A DNA stretch of 60,231 bases, filler included. It is 2 parts of 2 records of this genome, joined end to end, with 100 filler letters (N's around TTAATTAATTAA, not from the genome) between each part and the next. Parts side by side here need not be neighbours in the genome. Positions count along the whole stretch, not along the records: positions 1 to 29,949 come from SRR2962707_3635; 1 more part is not named here. One strand, 5' to 3'. The position numbers were made by a program, and so were the translations under genes. The stretch's first letter is position 1, and every line of letters starts with the position of its first letter. The notes below the pieces were generated by a model. That model searched no databases. It was not told the origin of the DNA and worked only from the letters and a program-made list of their open reading frames with translations. Below, in pieces: positions 1-8,809 of this stretch.

Positions 1-40
1 TCCTGACAGATCTGTCTCGTCAGGAAGGGCCTTTCTATTT
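1..40 (+). terminator. Probable intrinsic terminator hairpin, truncated at the window edge
   Basis: TCCTGAC (1-7) pairs with GTCAGGA (19-25), followed by a T-rich tail; the left arm may extend outside the window. Confidence 0.4.
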
Positions 41-104
41 TAAGGATGTCTCCCTGCATTCCCAGTCAACCCTTGGTTAGCTTATTTTGATTTATTTTCG
101 GAAA

Positions 105-881
105 ATGAACAATGAAAAGTGCATCAACTGTGCCTCTCCGGTAGTTGGAAATTACTGTTCAAACTGCGGCCAGAAGGCTGAAGTACTTCCAATAACCTGG
201 AAGGGCTTAATAAGCGAACTTAGCTCTCGCTGGCTTGGGGCAGATAACAGGATCGTGCGAACATTTATTGGTCTATGGGCCAGGCCCAAAAAAGTAATTT
301 CAGAATATCTGGAAGGAAATCGTGTCAAATACATTGGGCCCCTGTCATACCTTGTTGTGATGAGTTTTTTGTATGTTTTATCATTCCAGTTGACTGGATT
401 CACTCCGGAGGAAATGATGAATGAAACCTCTCGAATGTTCCAATCGTCGGATCAGGAGCTTTCGGAAAGTCAGCAGCAGTTTATTAATGATTATACACAG
501 TTGTTTTCTAAAAATATGCGCTTGCTTGTAGGTGTCATTATACCTTTTACAGCACTTGCAATGACTATTTTTTACAAGAGGAGAAATTATTTACAAAACT
601 TTTTGATCATCAGTTATGTGGTCGCACAACTTTTATGGGTCAGTATGCTTGCAGTCGTTCTCGCGGCATACACAGACAACTTGTTTTTTACCGAAGGCCT
701 GATTGTTAATATAGTTTACAGTGTCATAATTCTAGGATTGATGAACCCTCAGAAGTCCCTCCTTTGGACCTATACTAAAGCCTTTTTAGTATGGGTCGTC
801 GGGTATTTGCTTTTCATGCTTACGATATCGATCAGTACTTTAATCTACATGATCACGTCGCTTCAGCAAACGAATGGCTAG
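105..881 (+). CDS. DUF3667 domain membrane protein with N-terminal zinc ribbon
   Basis: CINC...YCSNCGQK zinc ribbon, 'EYLEGNRVKYIGP' motif and several TM helices. ATG at 105 preferred over TTG at 87. Confidence 0.75.
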   Translation: MNNEKCINCASPVVGNYCSNCGQKAEVLPITWKGLISELSSRWLGADNRIVRTFIGLWARPKKVISEYLEGNRVKYIGPLSYLVVMSFLYVLSFQLTGFTPEEMMNETSRMFQSSDQELSESQQQFINDYTQLFSKNMRLLVGVIIPFTALAMTIFYKRRNYLQNFLIISYVVAQLLWVSMLAVVLAAYTDNLFFTEGLIVNIVYSVIILGLMNPQKSLLWTYTKAFLVWVVGYLLFMLTISISTLIYMITSLQQTNG

Positions 882-884
882 AGG

Positions 885-1532
885 TCACTTCACCCATCTT
901 TTTGACATAATTGAAATAAGTGGACTACCTATCCCAACGGGTAGGACCCAAAGCAACCACTGATAGGAACTTCCGGGCATAAAAATATTTGGATTTTGCA
1001 CGGCAAAAGCAGTGACTGCCGCAATGTAACTCCCGCCCATCGCCCCAATGTGTTGTTTTAGCCACCAGCCTTTTTCTACCTCCGGTTTTTGGATGAAAAA
1101 CTTCAGATCCTGGAAGCCATTTGACAAGGTGAAGAAACCAAACAGTCCGCACAGAAAAGCAAGTACCGTATTGGACGAGGTAAAGTACAGATTAACTCCA
1201 TAGATGATTATCCCTATACCAAATATCGAAGTGACTATTGCAACTGCCCAATCATACCATTTTTCACCACCTGCCTTTCGTCGCTTCAACACTCTGACTC
1301 CTACAAAAGATGCGTGAAATGTTAATACAGCAATAACCATCAAAAAAGCGCTGAATCGATAAAATAGGATAATACCCCAGGCACTCAAACAAATCCACCA
1401 CATAGCACCAACATATATCCTTCCAATGGTTTTGTGATTGGCTCCACCTTTTCGGTTAAACATTTGTACCAGCCCGAGGAGGAGAACAGTTCCACCGCAG
1501 ATGATATGAGAAATGATCAGAAATTGCTCCAT
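885..1532 (-). CDS. DUF2306-like integral membrane protein
   Basis: Conserved His motifs (SHIICG, KGGANHKTIGRIY, WWLKQHIGAMGGSYIAAVTAF) and about 6 TM helices; start at MEQFL. Confidence 0.7.
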   Translation of the reverse strand: MEQFLIISHIICGGTVLLLGLVQMFNRKGGANHKTIGRIYVGAMWWICLSAWGIILFYRFSAFLMVIAVLTFHASFVGVRVLKRRKAGGEKWYDWAVAIVTSIFGIGIIIYGVNLYFTSSNTVLAFLCGLFGFFTLSNGFQDLKFFIQKPEVEKGWWLKQHIGAMGGSYIAAVTAFAVQNPNIFMPGSSYQWLLWVLPVGIGSPLISIMSKRWVK

Positions 1533-1642
1533 CTTGAAATGCTTTATGCAATTCAATAACAGAAACCACCAATTCAAAAAATAACAATACCGAACTGTTG
1601 AAAAGGATAGATGAGTTGTATGATGCAAACTATCTTAGTTCT

Positions 1643-2155
1643 ATGTATCAGGCACTTTCCAAGATTTCGAGCACCTATTTCCCAAAGCAAAAGCACCGGC
1701 TTTTCAAGCTGTTTTTCAATTTGTCTCCGATGTACAGACGGACGACAGGGAGAGTGACCAAGGTGGAGCCGGATTTTAGCAGCGTTGAGGTAAAAATCCC
1801 GATCTCCTACAAAAACAAAAATTATGTAGGGACCATATTCGGCGGCAGTCTATTTGCGGCCACTGATCCCATTTACATGGTTCAGCTGATTCAAATTCTG
1901 GGAATGGACTATGTGGTTTGGGACAAGTCCTCAATGGTAAAGTTTAAACGCCCAGCCAGCTCAGATGCCTATGCTGTTTTTGCGTTTTCGGAAGATGAAA
2001 TCAATCAACTCAAGGCCGATATATCCGAAAAGAAAGAAGTAGATCTGGTGAAGCCGGTCTTACTCACGAGTAAAGAAGGCAAGCTTTTTTGCGAGATTGA
2101 AAAAGTGATTTACGTGGCGAATAAGGAATATTATAAGGAGAAAAAGAAGAGGTAA
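1643..2155 (+). CDS. Hotdog-fold thioesterase-like protein (DUF4442/PaaI-like)
   Basis: 'NKNYVGTIFGGSLFAATDPIYM' and 'VVWDKS..VKFKRP' motifs. Confidence 0.8.
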   Translation: MYQALSKISSTYFPKQKHRLFKLFFNLSPMYRRTTGRVTKVEPDFSSVEVKIPISYKNKNYVGTIFGGSLFAATDPIYMVQLIQILGMDYVVWDKSSMVKFKRPASSDAYAVFAFSEDEINQLKADISEKKEVDLVKPVLLTSKEGKLFCEIEKVIYVANKEYYKEKKKR

Positions 2156-2191
2156 GTGAAGCAGACACTTGGCAGATGGCTAAGTAAGACC

Positions 2192-3276
2192 ATGCGCTAT
2201 ATCGCATGTTAGATTCAGATTAATGGCAAGAACCCCAATAGTTCTGAAACACCTTCATGACCAATTTGTCGTTTTCCTGATTGCTCATGATCAAATGACG
2301 ATAAAGTTCTCCCCCATTTGTTTCGCTGCTATTTATGATGAAGTCGGGAGTTCCATCTTGATTCAAGTCACAAGCAAAAAGGATTTCAATGAAGTCATGA
2401 TGCTTAATGTTGATTTCGTTGATCAAATTTTGTATTACGAATCCCTCGCCATCAAATCCAGTTAGTCTTAGTTGATAGTCATTTATTTTCGGTCTCACAT
2501 TGCTGTTCATATGATTAATAAAGGCTGCAGAGTCAGCTGATCCAATAACGTCAAGTTTGTAGTCTATTTTCTTATTTCTGTCATATCCTACAGGAATGCT
2601 CATTCCAGGATAAAGAAATTTATTTTCGTGATTACCAAAGTCAATATTTGGAATTCTTGCTAGAAATATTTCTTGTTCATCAATTCTTTCGATAGTTCCA
2701 TATAATAATTCTGATTTTAAAGAATCTTGAGTTCGAATCTTGTAGTTAACATATCCATCTGGGCTGTAAAATGGTTCAATTGTAATGTCAATAGACTTAA
2801 TCTGATATGAGTTGTATCTTTTTTTGTAAACGCCATACCAATAAAGCTTTGTGTTGAGAAATACGTGATCTCCACACATTAATTCTCCCTCGAACAAGAA
2901 CTGTGATTGTTCTTGGCTGAAATCGGGATTGAGGTCTTGAATAGAATCAGTAAAATATGCATTGAAAGCATAACCTATATTACTCCCATATTGGACTGCT
3001 TCCCATTGACCTGGAAGATTTTCCAGTGTGTCGGGTTTGGGTTTCAAATCAGGATCATTCAGTTTGGTAACCATTTCACCAAAAGGAACACTAGTTTTTA
3101 TATTGGAGTTTTTGTTAGGATTAGTTCTTATATTGATTCCAGATTTAGAAATTACCATGAACTGATTATGCTTCATCCAGCTTTGTGAAAAACAGTTCGA
3201 GTAGATAAATAGCAATGCAATGATGCTTAAGAGCCTAGTGATCATAATTTGAATCTAACATCTACATATAGCGTAT
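2192..3276 (-). mobile_element. Putative integron-like gene cassette bounded by attC-like half sites (imperfect ~31-bp inverted repeats)
   Basis: On the gene strand, CGCTATAT-N6-GTTAGAT ends 7 nt before the ATG (3273-3253) and ATCTAAC-N5-ATATAGCG starts 5 nt after the TAA (2214-2195). The cargo is visibly AT-richer than its neighbours. Confidence 0.55.
2220..3245 (-). CDS. Secreted protein with N-terminal bacterial SH3 domain
   Basis: Signal peptide, then SH3b pattern 'SGINIRTNPN...VPFGEMV...W..VQYGSNIGYAFNAY'; C-terminal 'DLNQDGTPD' FG-GAP-like loop. Confidence 0.75.
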   Translation of the reverse strand: MITRLLSIIALLFIYSNCFSQSWMKHNQFMVISKSGINIRTNPNKNSNIKTSVPFGEMVTKLNDPDLKPKPDTLENLPGQWEAVQYGSNIGYAFNAYFTDSIQDLNPDFSQEQSQFLFEGELMCGDHVFLNTKLYWYGVYKKRYNSYQIKSIDITIEPFYSPDGYVNYKIRTQDSLKSELLYGTIERIDEQEIFLARIPNIDFGNHENKFLYPGMSIPVGYDRNKKIDYKLDVIGSADSAAFINHMNSNVRPKINDYQLRLTGFDGEGFVIQNLINEINIKHHDFIEILFACDLNQDGTPDFIINSSETNGGELYRHLIMSNQENDKLVMKVFQNYWGSCH

Positions 3277-3350
3277 AAAGTGTACTATATCTGCTTAAAT
3301 GTGATATAAAACTAATAAATACCTCCCTTACACCTCTTTAGTTTGATTCA

Positions 3351-3381
3351 GTCGTCCCACCACTCTGAGTGATGGGACGAC
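3351..3381. repeat. 31-bp REP-like palindrome, copy 1
   Basis: GTCGTCCCACCACTCTGAGTGATGGGACGAC; related copies at 18278, 23092 and 26234. Confidence 0.85.
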
Positions 3382-3423
3382 TTTTTTTTGCTTGCTGGAG
3401 AAATTGGTCAGTTTGGAAAGGAC

Positions 3424-4593
3424 TCACCCCTTAATCGGCATCCGCTTAAACTCCTTTGTTCGGTCAAACAGGTATCGATACGTGTGATGCGTTTTCACCA
3501 CATCACCGCCTACCTGCTCTACTACCTTAATCATCTTAGGATTAAAATCGCCGATCCAGTTCATCTCCAGGTCTTTGTATCGTGTGTACTTGTCCTGCAC
3601 CATCACTCTGGTGGCCATTATTAAGGCACCATCCACGCCTTTCCCTTGGTGCTCTGGAGAAATCCCAAACACGAGACCGATCATTTTGGTATTGGTCCGC
3701 ATGAGTTTGTGATAGAGAAACTTAAGCTTTCCGAGGAGGTCAAGCTTTCCGTTTACATGCTTAAACACCTGGTTTAGCTCAGGGATGTTAATGTAAAAAC
3801 CTACCGGCTTGTCTTTGTGATAGCCAAACCACATGATCTTTTCATCCATGATTGGCTTCATTTTTTTGATGATCGCATTGGCCTGTACGGAAGTCATTTC
3901 TGCCACTCCCGGATGTCTGGCCCAGGCATCATTATATACTGTTCGGAAGTCCTCTGCGTATTCCTTTAATTTCTTTTTTTCGATGTGCCTGAAGGTATAA
4001 TCAGGGTCTTTACTAGCGGCCTCAGCTTTTTCATATAATCGATCGCTTAGCGGATCCATCACCGGTCGCCCAAAGGTGAATTGCTTGAAATACATTTTGA
4101 ATCCGTAGGTTTCAAAAAGTTCTACGTAATAAGGGAAGTTGTAATTACACTGATAGTTCGGTGGTCGGTCAAATCCGTCTACCAACAGTCCCCACCAGGT
4201 ATCCCGGTCACCAAAATTGATCGGCCCATCCATGGCTTCCATGCCTCTTTCTTCCAGCCATTTTTTTCCGGTATCAAACAACAGGTTGGCTGCTTCCTGA
4301 TCATTGATGCATTCAAAAAAACCTACTCCACCGGTGGGTTGATCATTGTCTTTATTGACCGTCTTTTGATTAATGAAAGCAGCAATTCTTCCAATGGTTT
4401 CTCCATTGTCGTTTTGTAAGATCCATCGTGTACACTCACCATTTCTGAAAAACTTATTCACCTTCGGATCAAATACCCCGTTGATGTCTTTGTCAAGCGG
4501 TCGTATCCAGTTGGGCTCGTCCTTGTAAAGGCGAATGGGGAACTGCAAAAATTCGTTAGCTGTTTTCTTATCCTGTACTTCTATGACGTGCAT
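3424..4593 (-). CDS. YghO-like GNAT-fold protein (possible bacterial ceramide synthase homologue)
   Basis: 'GRIAAFIN..GGVGFFECIND', 'GPINFGDRDTWWGLLVDGF', 'YNFPYY' and 'EMNWIGDFNPKM' motifs; start at MHVIEV. Confidence 0.65.
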   Translation of the reverse strand: MHVIEVQDKKTANEFLQFPIRLYKDEPNWIRPLDKDINGVFDPKVNKFFRNGECTRWILQNDNGETIGRIAAFINQKTVNKDNDQPTGGVGFFECINDQEAANLLFDTGKKWLEERGMEAMDGPINFGDRDTWWGLLVDGFDRPPNYQCNYNFPYYVELFETYGFKMYFKQFTFGRPVMDPLSDRLYEKAEAASKDPDYTFRHIEKKKLKEYAEDFRTVYNDAWARHPGVAEMTSVQANAIIKKMKPIMDEKIMWFGYHKDKPVGFYINIPELNQVFKHVNGKLDLLGKLKFLYHKLMRTNTKMIGLVFGISPEHQGKGVDGALIMATRVMVQDKYTRYKDLEMNWIGDFNPKMIKVVEQVGGDVVKTHHTYRYLFDRTKEFKRMPIKG

Positions 4594-4652
4594 GGAGGCA
4601 AATTTTAGGCAAAGAAAGCCATTCAATTTTTAAATATTAAAAAAGCTAAGTT

Positions 4653-5333
4653 TTGAGTAGAAAACGAATCATCGTAACAGGAGGAAATCGAGGGATTGGA
4701 AAAGAAATTTGTCGACAGCTGGTAGAGCTAGGTCATGATGTGGTACTCACAGCCCGATCCGTTGAAAAAGGAGAAAACGCAGCGATTGAGGTTGGGGCAA
4801 AGTTTCGTGAGCTGGATGTTTCCAAAAAGGATAATATTCTGGAGTTTACTCAAAAGTATAAGGATGAGGTCGGTGAGCTGGATGTATTGATCAACAATGC
4901 AGGTATCCTGATTGATAATGGGATGAATGTTCTCAATGCTGATCTCGATGTGGTCCAGCAAACCATAGAGACGAATGTATACGGCCCCTGGATATTGACT
5001 CAGGAATTAGCGCCACTTTTAGAGAAATCTATCGACGGTCGAATCATTAATCTTTCAAGCGGGATGGGTGCGATTGACGATTTGCGAGCAGACCACCCTA
5101 CCTATCGTATTTCGAAAACAGCATTGAATGCACTCACACTGATGACTCACCAGCAAATTGGGGCCAGTGTAAAGGTAAATGCCATGTGTCCGGGATGGGT
5201 CAAAACCGACATGGGAGGATCGGGAGCGTCCAGGCCGGTAGAAAAGGGTGCGGAGACGGCCGTTTGGTTGGCCACTGCCGAAGAAATCCCAAGAGGAAAA
5301 TTTTTGAGAGATAAAAAGGTGATTGAGTGGTAA
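4653..5333 (+). CDS. SDR family NAD(P)-dependent oxidoreductase (carbonyl reductase-like)
   Basis: TGGNRGIG, NNAG, YRISK catalytic motif, CPGWVKTDMGG; TTG start. Confidence 0.9.
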   Translation: MSRKRIIVTGGNRGIGKEICRQLVELGHDVVLTARSVEKGENAAIEVGAKFRELDVSKKDNILEFTQKYKDEVGELDVLINNAGILIDNGMNVLNADLDVVQQTIETNVYGPWILTQELAPLLEKSIDGRIINLSSGMGAIDDLRADHPTYRISKTALNALTLMTHQQIGASVKVNAMCPGWVKTDMGGSGASRPVEKGAETAVWLATAEEIPRGKFLRDKKVIEW

Positions 5334-5334
5334 G

Positions 5335-6045
5335 CTACTGTACGCGAACAAACGCATAATCATTCACATCCCAGTCGATCACCAGGCCTCTTCCAACGCC
5401 TTTGGCCACTTCATCTCCATAAAGATGATGGACCAAGTAGAGCGCTACATCATACGATTTAGCACCTCCTGCTGAGGTGAGCAGGTTATCATGATGAACG
5501 AATGAAACCCCTTCATGAACGTTCAGTGATGGAAATGTTTCTCTGTATCTGGCAATATCAGAGGGGAAAGTTGTAGACTCTTTTCCATCAACTAGTCCAG
5601 CCTTTGCTAAAATGAATGCTCCATCACAAAGAGACATGACATATTCAGCTTTTCCACCGATCTCAGCCACCCAGTTAATTAGCGATTCATTTTCCAGGTC
5701 GGAATCCATGTTGTGTTCGGCACTTGGCACCACGAGAATATCAAGCTCAGGAAGATCTTCGCTTTCAAAAGAATAGTCAGGAAGTATTCTAAGTCCCTCG
5801 AAGGAGGTGATTGTATCCATGTTCTCTGCCACGGTGAACACCTTTATTCCACCATCGGTGTGGAAAATGGTGTGTTGAAAAATATCGAATGGAGCCATCA
5901 GCTCTGAGTTGTAAACTCCATCAATCATCAAAAAAGCTGCGTTGAATGATTCTCCTTTAGCTACAGGCTCAATGGTGATTGGAGCTTTTTCCTGAGTGGG
6001 TGTACAGGCAACCACAATTAGAAAACATAAAACCCAGATTCTCAT
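5335..6045 (-). CDS. DJ-1/PfpI family lipoprotein
   Basis: Lipobox VVAC, nucleophile elbow 'SLCDGAFILAKAGL', 'LLTSAGG'. Confidence 0.85.
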   Translation of the reverse strand: MRIWVLCFLIVVACTPTQEKAPITIEPVAKGESFNAAFLMIDGVYNSELMAPFDIFQHTIFHTDGGIKVFTVAENMDTITSFEGLRILPDYSFESEDLPELDILVVPSAEHNMDSDLENESLINWVAEIGGKAEYVMSLCDGAFILAKAGLVDGKESTTFPSDIARYRETFPSLNVHEGVSFVHHDNLLTSAGGAKSYDVALYLVHHLYGDEVAKGVGRGLVIDWDVNDYAFVRVQ

Positions 6046-6458
6046 GACACTTTCAGTTTAAGCTTGTCCCAAAGGCTCATGTTCTCCAATTGAGCCTTCA
6101 TTTTTTCGCCTACTTTTTCAATGGCCTTTAATGGGCGAAGCATCACTTTAAACTCGGTGATTTTTCCTTCTTCATTACATGTGATGATATCAACGCCATC
6201 AATGAGGAGACCATCAATTTCGGCATTGAATTCCAAAACGGCTTCCCGCTTATTTACGACCTCCTTGACATAATGGAACTTTGCATCCTCAAACATTTTT
6301 GAAGCAGCCAGCAAGTAGGCCATGACTATCTTTCGACCTTTTTGTGGTTTGAAAAGTATGGGAGAATAAAATACAGCGTCTTTGTCCAGCAGGGATTTCA
6401 GCAATTTTTTGTCATGGTGTTTCACCACATTGTGCCAGTTGCTGATGACCTCTTTCAT
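6042..6458 (-). CDS. SnoaL-like / NTF2 family protein
   Basis: 'DAVFYSPILFKPQKG', 'GVDII...GKITEFKVMLRPL'. Confidence 0.8.
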   Translation of the reverse strand: MKEVISNWHNVVKHHDKKLLKSLLDKDAVFYSPILFKPQKGRKIVMAYLLAASKMFEDAKFHYVKEVVNKREAVLEFNAEIDGLLIDGVDIITCNEEGKITEFKVMLRPLKAIEKVGEKMKAQLENMSLWDKLKLKVS

Positions 6459-6463
6459 CGCTT

Positions 6464-7717
6464 TTACAGCTTAAATGCTTCTTTCACCTGATCAACATAA
6501 TCCAGCTTCTCCCAGGTAAAGGTCTCAACCACTTTTTTCACTTCTTCTCCGCCGTTTCCTTTGAAAATTACCTGCTTTACTTCCGGTGTTCTTCCCATGT
6601 GACCGTAAGCTGCTGATTCGGAGTAAATCGGCTCTTTCAGTTTCAGTCGCTTAATAATGTGCGCAGGACGCATATCGAAGATTTTTTCTACGATCTTGGC
6701 AATTTCTCCATCCGTCATATCCACGTTGGAAGTCCCGTATGTATTTACGTAAATACCCATCGGCTCAGGAACCCCAATCGCATAAGAGACTTGCACCAGG
6801 ATTTCATCGGCCACTCCTGCTGCAACGAGGTTTTTGGCTATGTGTCTAGTTGCGTACGCAGCAGATCGATCCACTTTGGATGGATCTTTTCCGGAGAATG
6901 CGCCACCACCGTGCGCTCCTTTTCCTCCGTAGGTGTCTACAATAATTTTTCTACCTGTTAGTCCGGCATCTCCATGAGGTCCTCCGATCACAAACTTTCC
7001 GGTGGGGTTGATGTGATATTTGATTTTATCATTGAAGAGCTCCTGATTTGCTGGTTTAAGCTTGGCCTTCACCCGCGGAATCAGTGTGTTGATGATGTCC
7101 TCTTTGATCTTTTTCAGCATGTTGTCTTCATTGTCAAATTCATCATGCTGTGTGGAAACAACGATGGCGTCTATGCGCACCGGCTTGTTGTCATCGTCAT
7201 ATTCAATGGTTACCTGAGATTTTGCATCCGGACGGAGATACGTCATCTCTTTTCCTTCCTTGCGGATATCCGAAAGCTCCATCAGGATTCGGTGAGAAAG
7301 ATCTAGCGCCAAAGGCATATAGTGATCTGTTTCTTTCGTGGCATAGCCAAACATCATCCCCTGATCTCCGGCTCCCTGCTCGTCTTCAGAGTCTCTGTCA
7401 ACTCCCTGGTTAATATCCGGTGACTGCTCATGGATGGCTGAGATTACCCCACAGGAGTTGCCATCAAACATGTACTCTCCTTTTGTGTAGCCGATGCGGT
7501 TAATTACCTCTCTTGCGATCTGTTGTACATCCACATAGGCTTGGGTTTTTACCTCACCGGCCAATGTCACGAGCCCGGTTGTCACCATGGTTTCACAGGC
7601 CACCTTGCTATCAGGATCGAAAGCAAGAAAATGATCAAGCAAAGCATCGGAAATTTGATCGGCAATTTTATCCGGGTGTCCTTCGCTTACAGACTCTGAA
7701 GTGAATAAATAGGGCAT
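6464..7717 (-). CDS. metK: S-adenosylmethionine synthetase
   Basis: [28 protein letters not shown] signatures; start at MPYLF. Confidence 0.98.
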   Translation of the reverse strand: MPYLFTSESVSEGHPDKIADQISDALLDHFLAFDPDSKVACETMVTTGLVTLAGEVKTQAYVDVQQIAREVINRIGYTKGEYMFDGNSCGVISAIHEQSPDINQGVDRDSEDEQGAGDQGMMFGYATKETDHYMPLALDLSHRILMELSDIRKEGKEMTYLRPDAKSQVTIEYDDDNKPVRIDAIVVSTQHDEFDNEDNMLKKIKEDIINTLIPRVKAKLKPANQELFNDKIKYHINPTGKFVIGGPHGDAGLTGRKIIVDTYGGKGAHGGGAFSGKDPSKVDRSAAYATRHIAKNLVAAGVADEILVQVSYAIGVPEPMGIYVNTYGTSNVDMTDGEIAKIVEKIFDMRPAHIIKRLKLKEPIYSESAAYGHMGRTPEVKQVIFKGNGGEEVKKVVETFTWEKLDYVDQVKEAFKL

Positions 7718-7750
7718 ATATCTTCGTTTGTGTTCTTTAAAGTTGGTCGG

Positions 7751-7758
7751 CAAATTTA
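7751..7758 (-). promoter_or_regulatory. Bacteroidota primary-sigma -7 element (TAAATTTG) for metK
   Basis: Matches TAnnTTTG about 35 nt upstream of the ATG. Confidence 0.55.
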
Positions 7759-7777
7759 GAAGATTCGGTGAACTCCA

Positions 7778-8488
7778 TCAGGGGAATTGACCAAAACTGA
7801 ATATTGCAGGTATTTTATGTATCTGAATGTCAGTCTTCTGCCACTTTGATACTGGTTGAGTCAGGATTTTTTCGTTTGAACCGGAGATATCAGCAGCGAT
7901 GCTTAACAGTGTATCAGGCCGGCAGGTCTTTAAAATGTCCTTGATTAACTGATGATTTCGGTAGGGTGTTTCCATGAAGAGTTGGGTGTAGCCGGATTGA
8001 CTCAGTTTTTCGAGCTCCCTGATTTTTTTCTGTCGTGGGTTTTTATCGATTGGTAAATAGCCATGAAAGGTAAATTGTTGTCCATTGAAGCCGGAGGCAA
8101 TGAGTGCCATTTGAATAGATGAGGTTCCGGGCATAGGTACTACCTGAATACCCGTCTGATGTGCAAAGCTGACGGCCAGATTCCCAGGGTCCGCGAGGCA
8201 AGGAACGCCTGCTTCTGAGATCATCGCCATGTCCTCTCCGTTTCTGGCAGCTTCAAATAGCGGATACATCTGTTCCCAGTTTGATTTTTTATCCAGAATC
8301 CGAAACTGTAATTCATCTATCGTAATGCCCGCTTTCAGGCTGCTAATGAATCTTCGGGCGGTTCGAACATTTTCCACGAAGTAGTGCTTTGTATTTTTAA
8401 GCACTTCAGTAACCATCGGAGAAACAAAGGATGCGTCATTGTCCGTTGATAGATAGGTAGGAATCAGAAATAATTTACCTTGACTCAT
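7778..8488 (-). CDS. RsmI-like tetrapyrrole-methylase-family SAM-dependent methyltransferase
   Basis: 'GKLFLIPT', 'ISEAGVPCLADPG', 'FTFHGYLP', 'FMETPYRN'. Confidence 0.85.
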   Translation of the reverse strand: MSQGKLFLIPTYLSTDNDASFVSPMVTEVLKNTKHYFVENVRTARRFISSLKAGITIDELQFRILDKKSNWEQMYPLFEAARNGEDMAMISEAGVPCLADPGNLAVSFAHQTGIQVVPMPGTSSIQMALIASGFNGQQFTFHGYLPIDKNPRQKKIRELEKLSQSGYTQLFMETPYRNHQLIKDILKTCRPDTLLSIAADISGSNEKILTQPVSKWQKTDIQIHKIPAIFSFGQFP

Positions 8489-8695
8489 ATGGGCAAAATA
8501 TTGATTTTAATTGGATTGGTACTAGTCGTTGTTGGAGCAATTATGGAGTTTGCTCCGAATGTTCCGCTGGGAAGGCTTCCGGGGGACATTCGTATCGAAA
8601 GAGAAAACTTCAGTTTTTACTTCCCAATCACCACGTGTATTTTAATCAGTTTAATATTGATGCTGTTTGGTTATTTATGGAATAAAATCAGGTAA
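8489..8695 (+). CDS. DUF2905 family small membrane protein
   Basis: 'LGRLPGDIRIERENFSFYFPITTCILIS' signature. Confidence 0.9.
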   Translation: MGKILILIGLVLVVVGAIMEFAPNVPLGRLPGDIRIERENFSFYFPITTCILISLILMLFGYLWNKIR

Positions 8696-8704
8696 CATTT
8701 CTCC

Positions 8705-8791
8705 AACCACAAAGGACTAGAGAAATCACAGAGGACACTGAGTGAAACACTCTATTTTTCTCCGTGTACGTACTCTAATATCTCTGTGGTT
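8705..8791. repeat. Degenerate AACCACAGAG...CTCTGTGGTT-type palindromic element
   Basis: Starts AACCACAAAG, has internal CACAGAGGACACTGAG, ends CTCTGTGGTT; lies between convergent genes. Confidence 0.5.
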
Positions 8792-8809
8792 AAAAAAAAG
8801 ATCAGCTTT

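Noticed and set aside
3250-3350. TGAATCTAAC (3250) / GTTTGATTCA (3341) as a complete upstream attC hairpin
   Set aside because: Only the outer 10 bp pair (one mismatch) and the L boxes do not pair; may be chance or heavily decayed.
7718-7777. SAM riboswitch upstream of metK
   Set aside because: Only 60 bp intergenic, with the promoter ~35 nt from the ATG and no recognisable aptamer.
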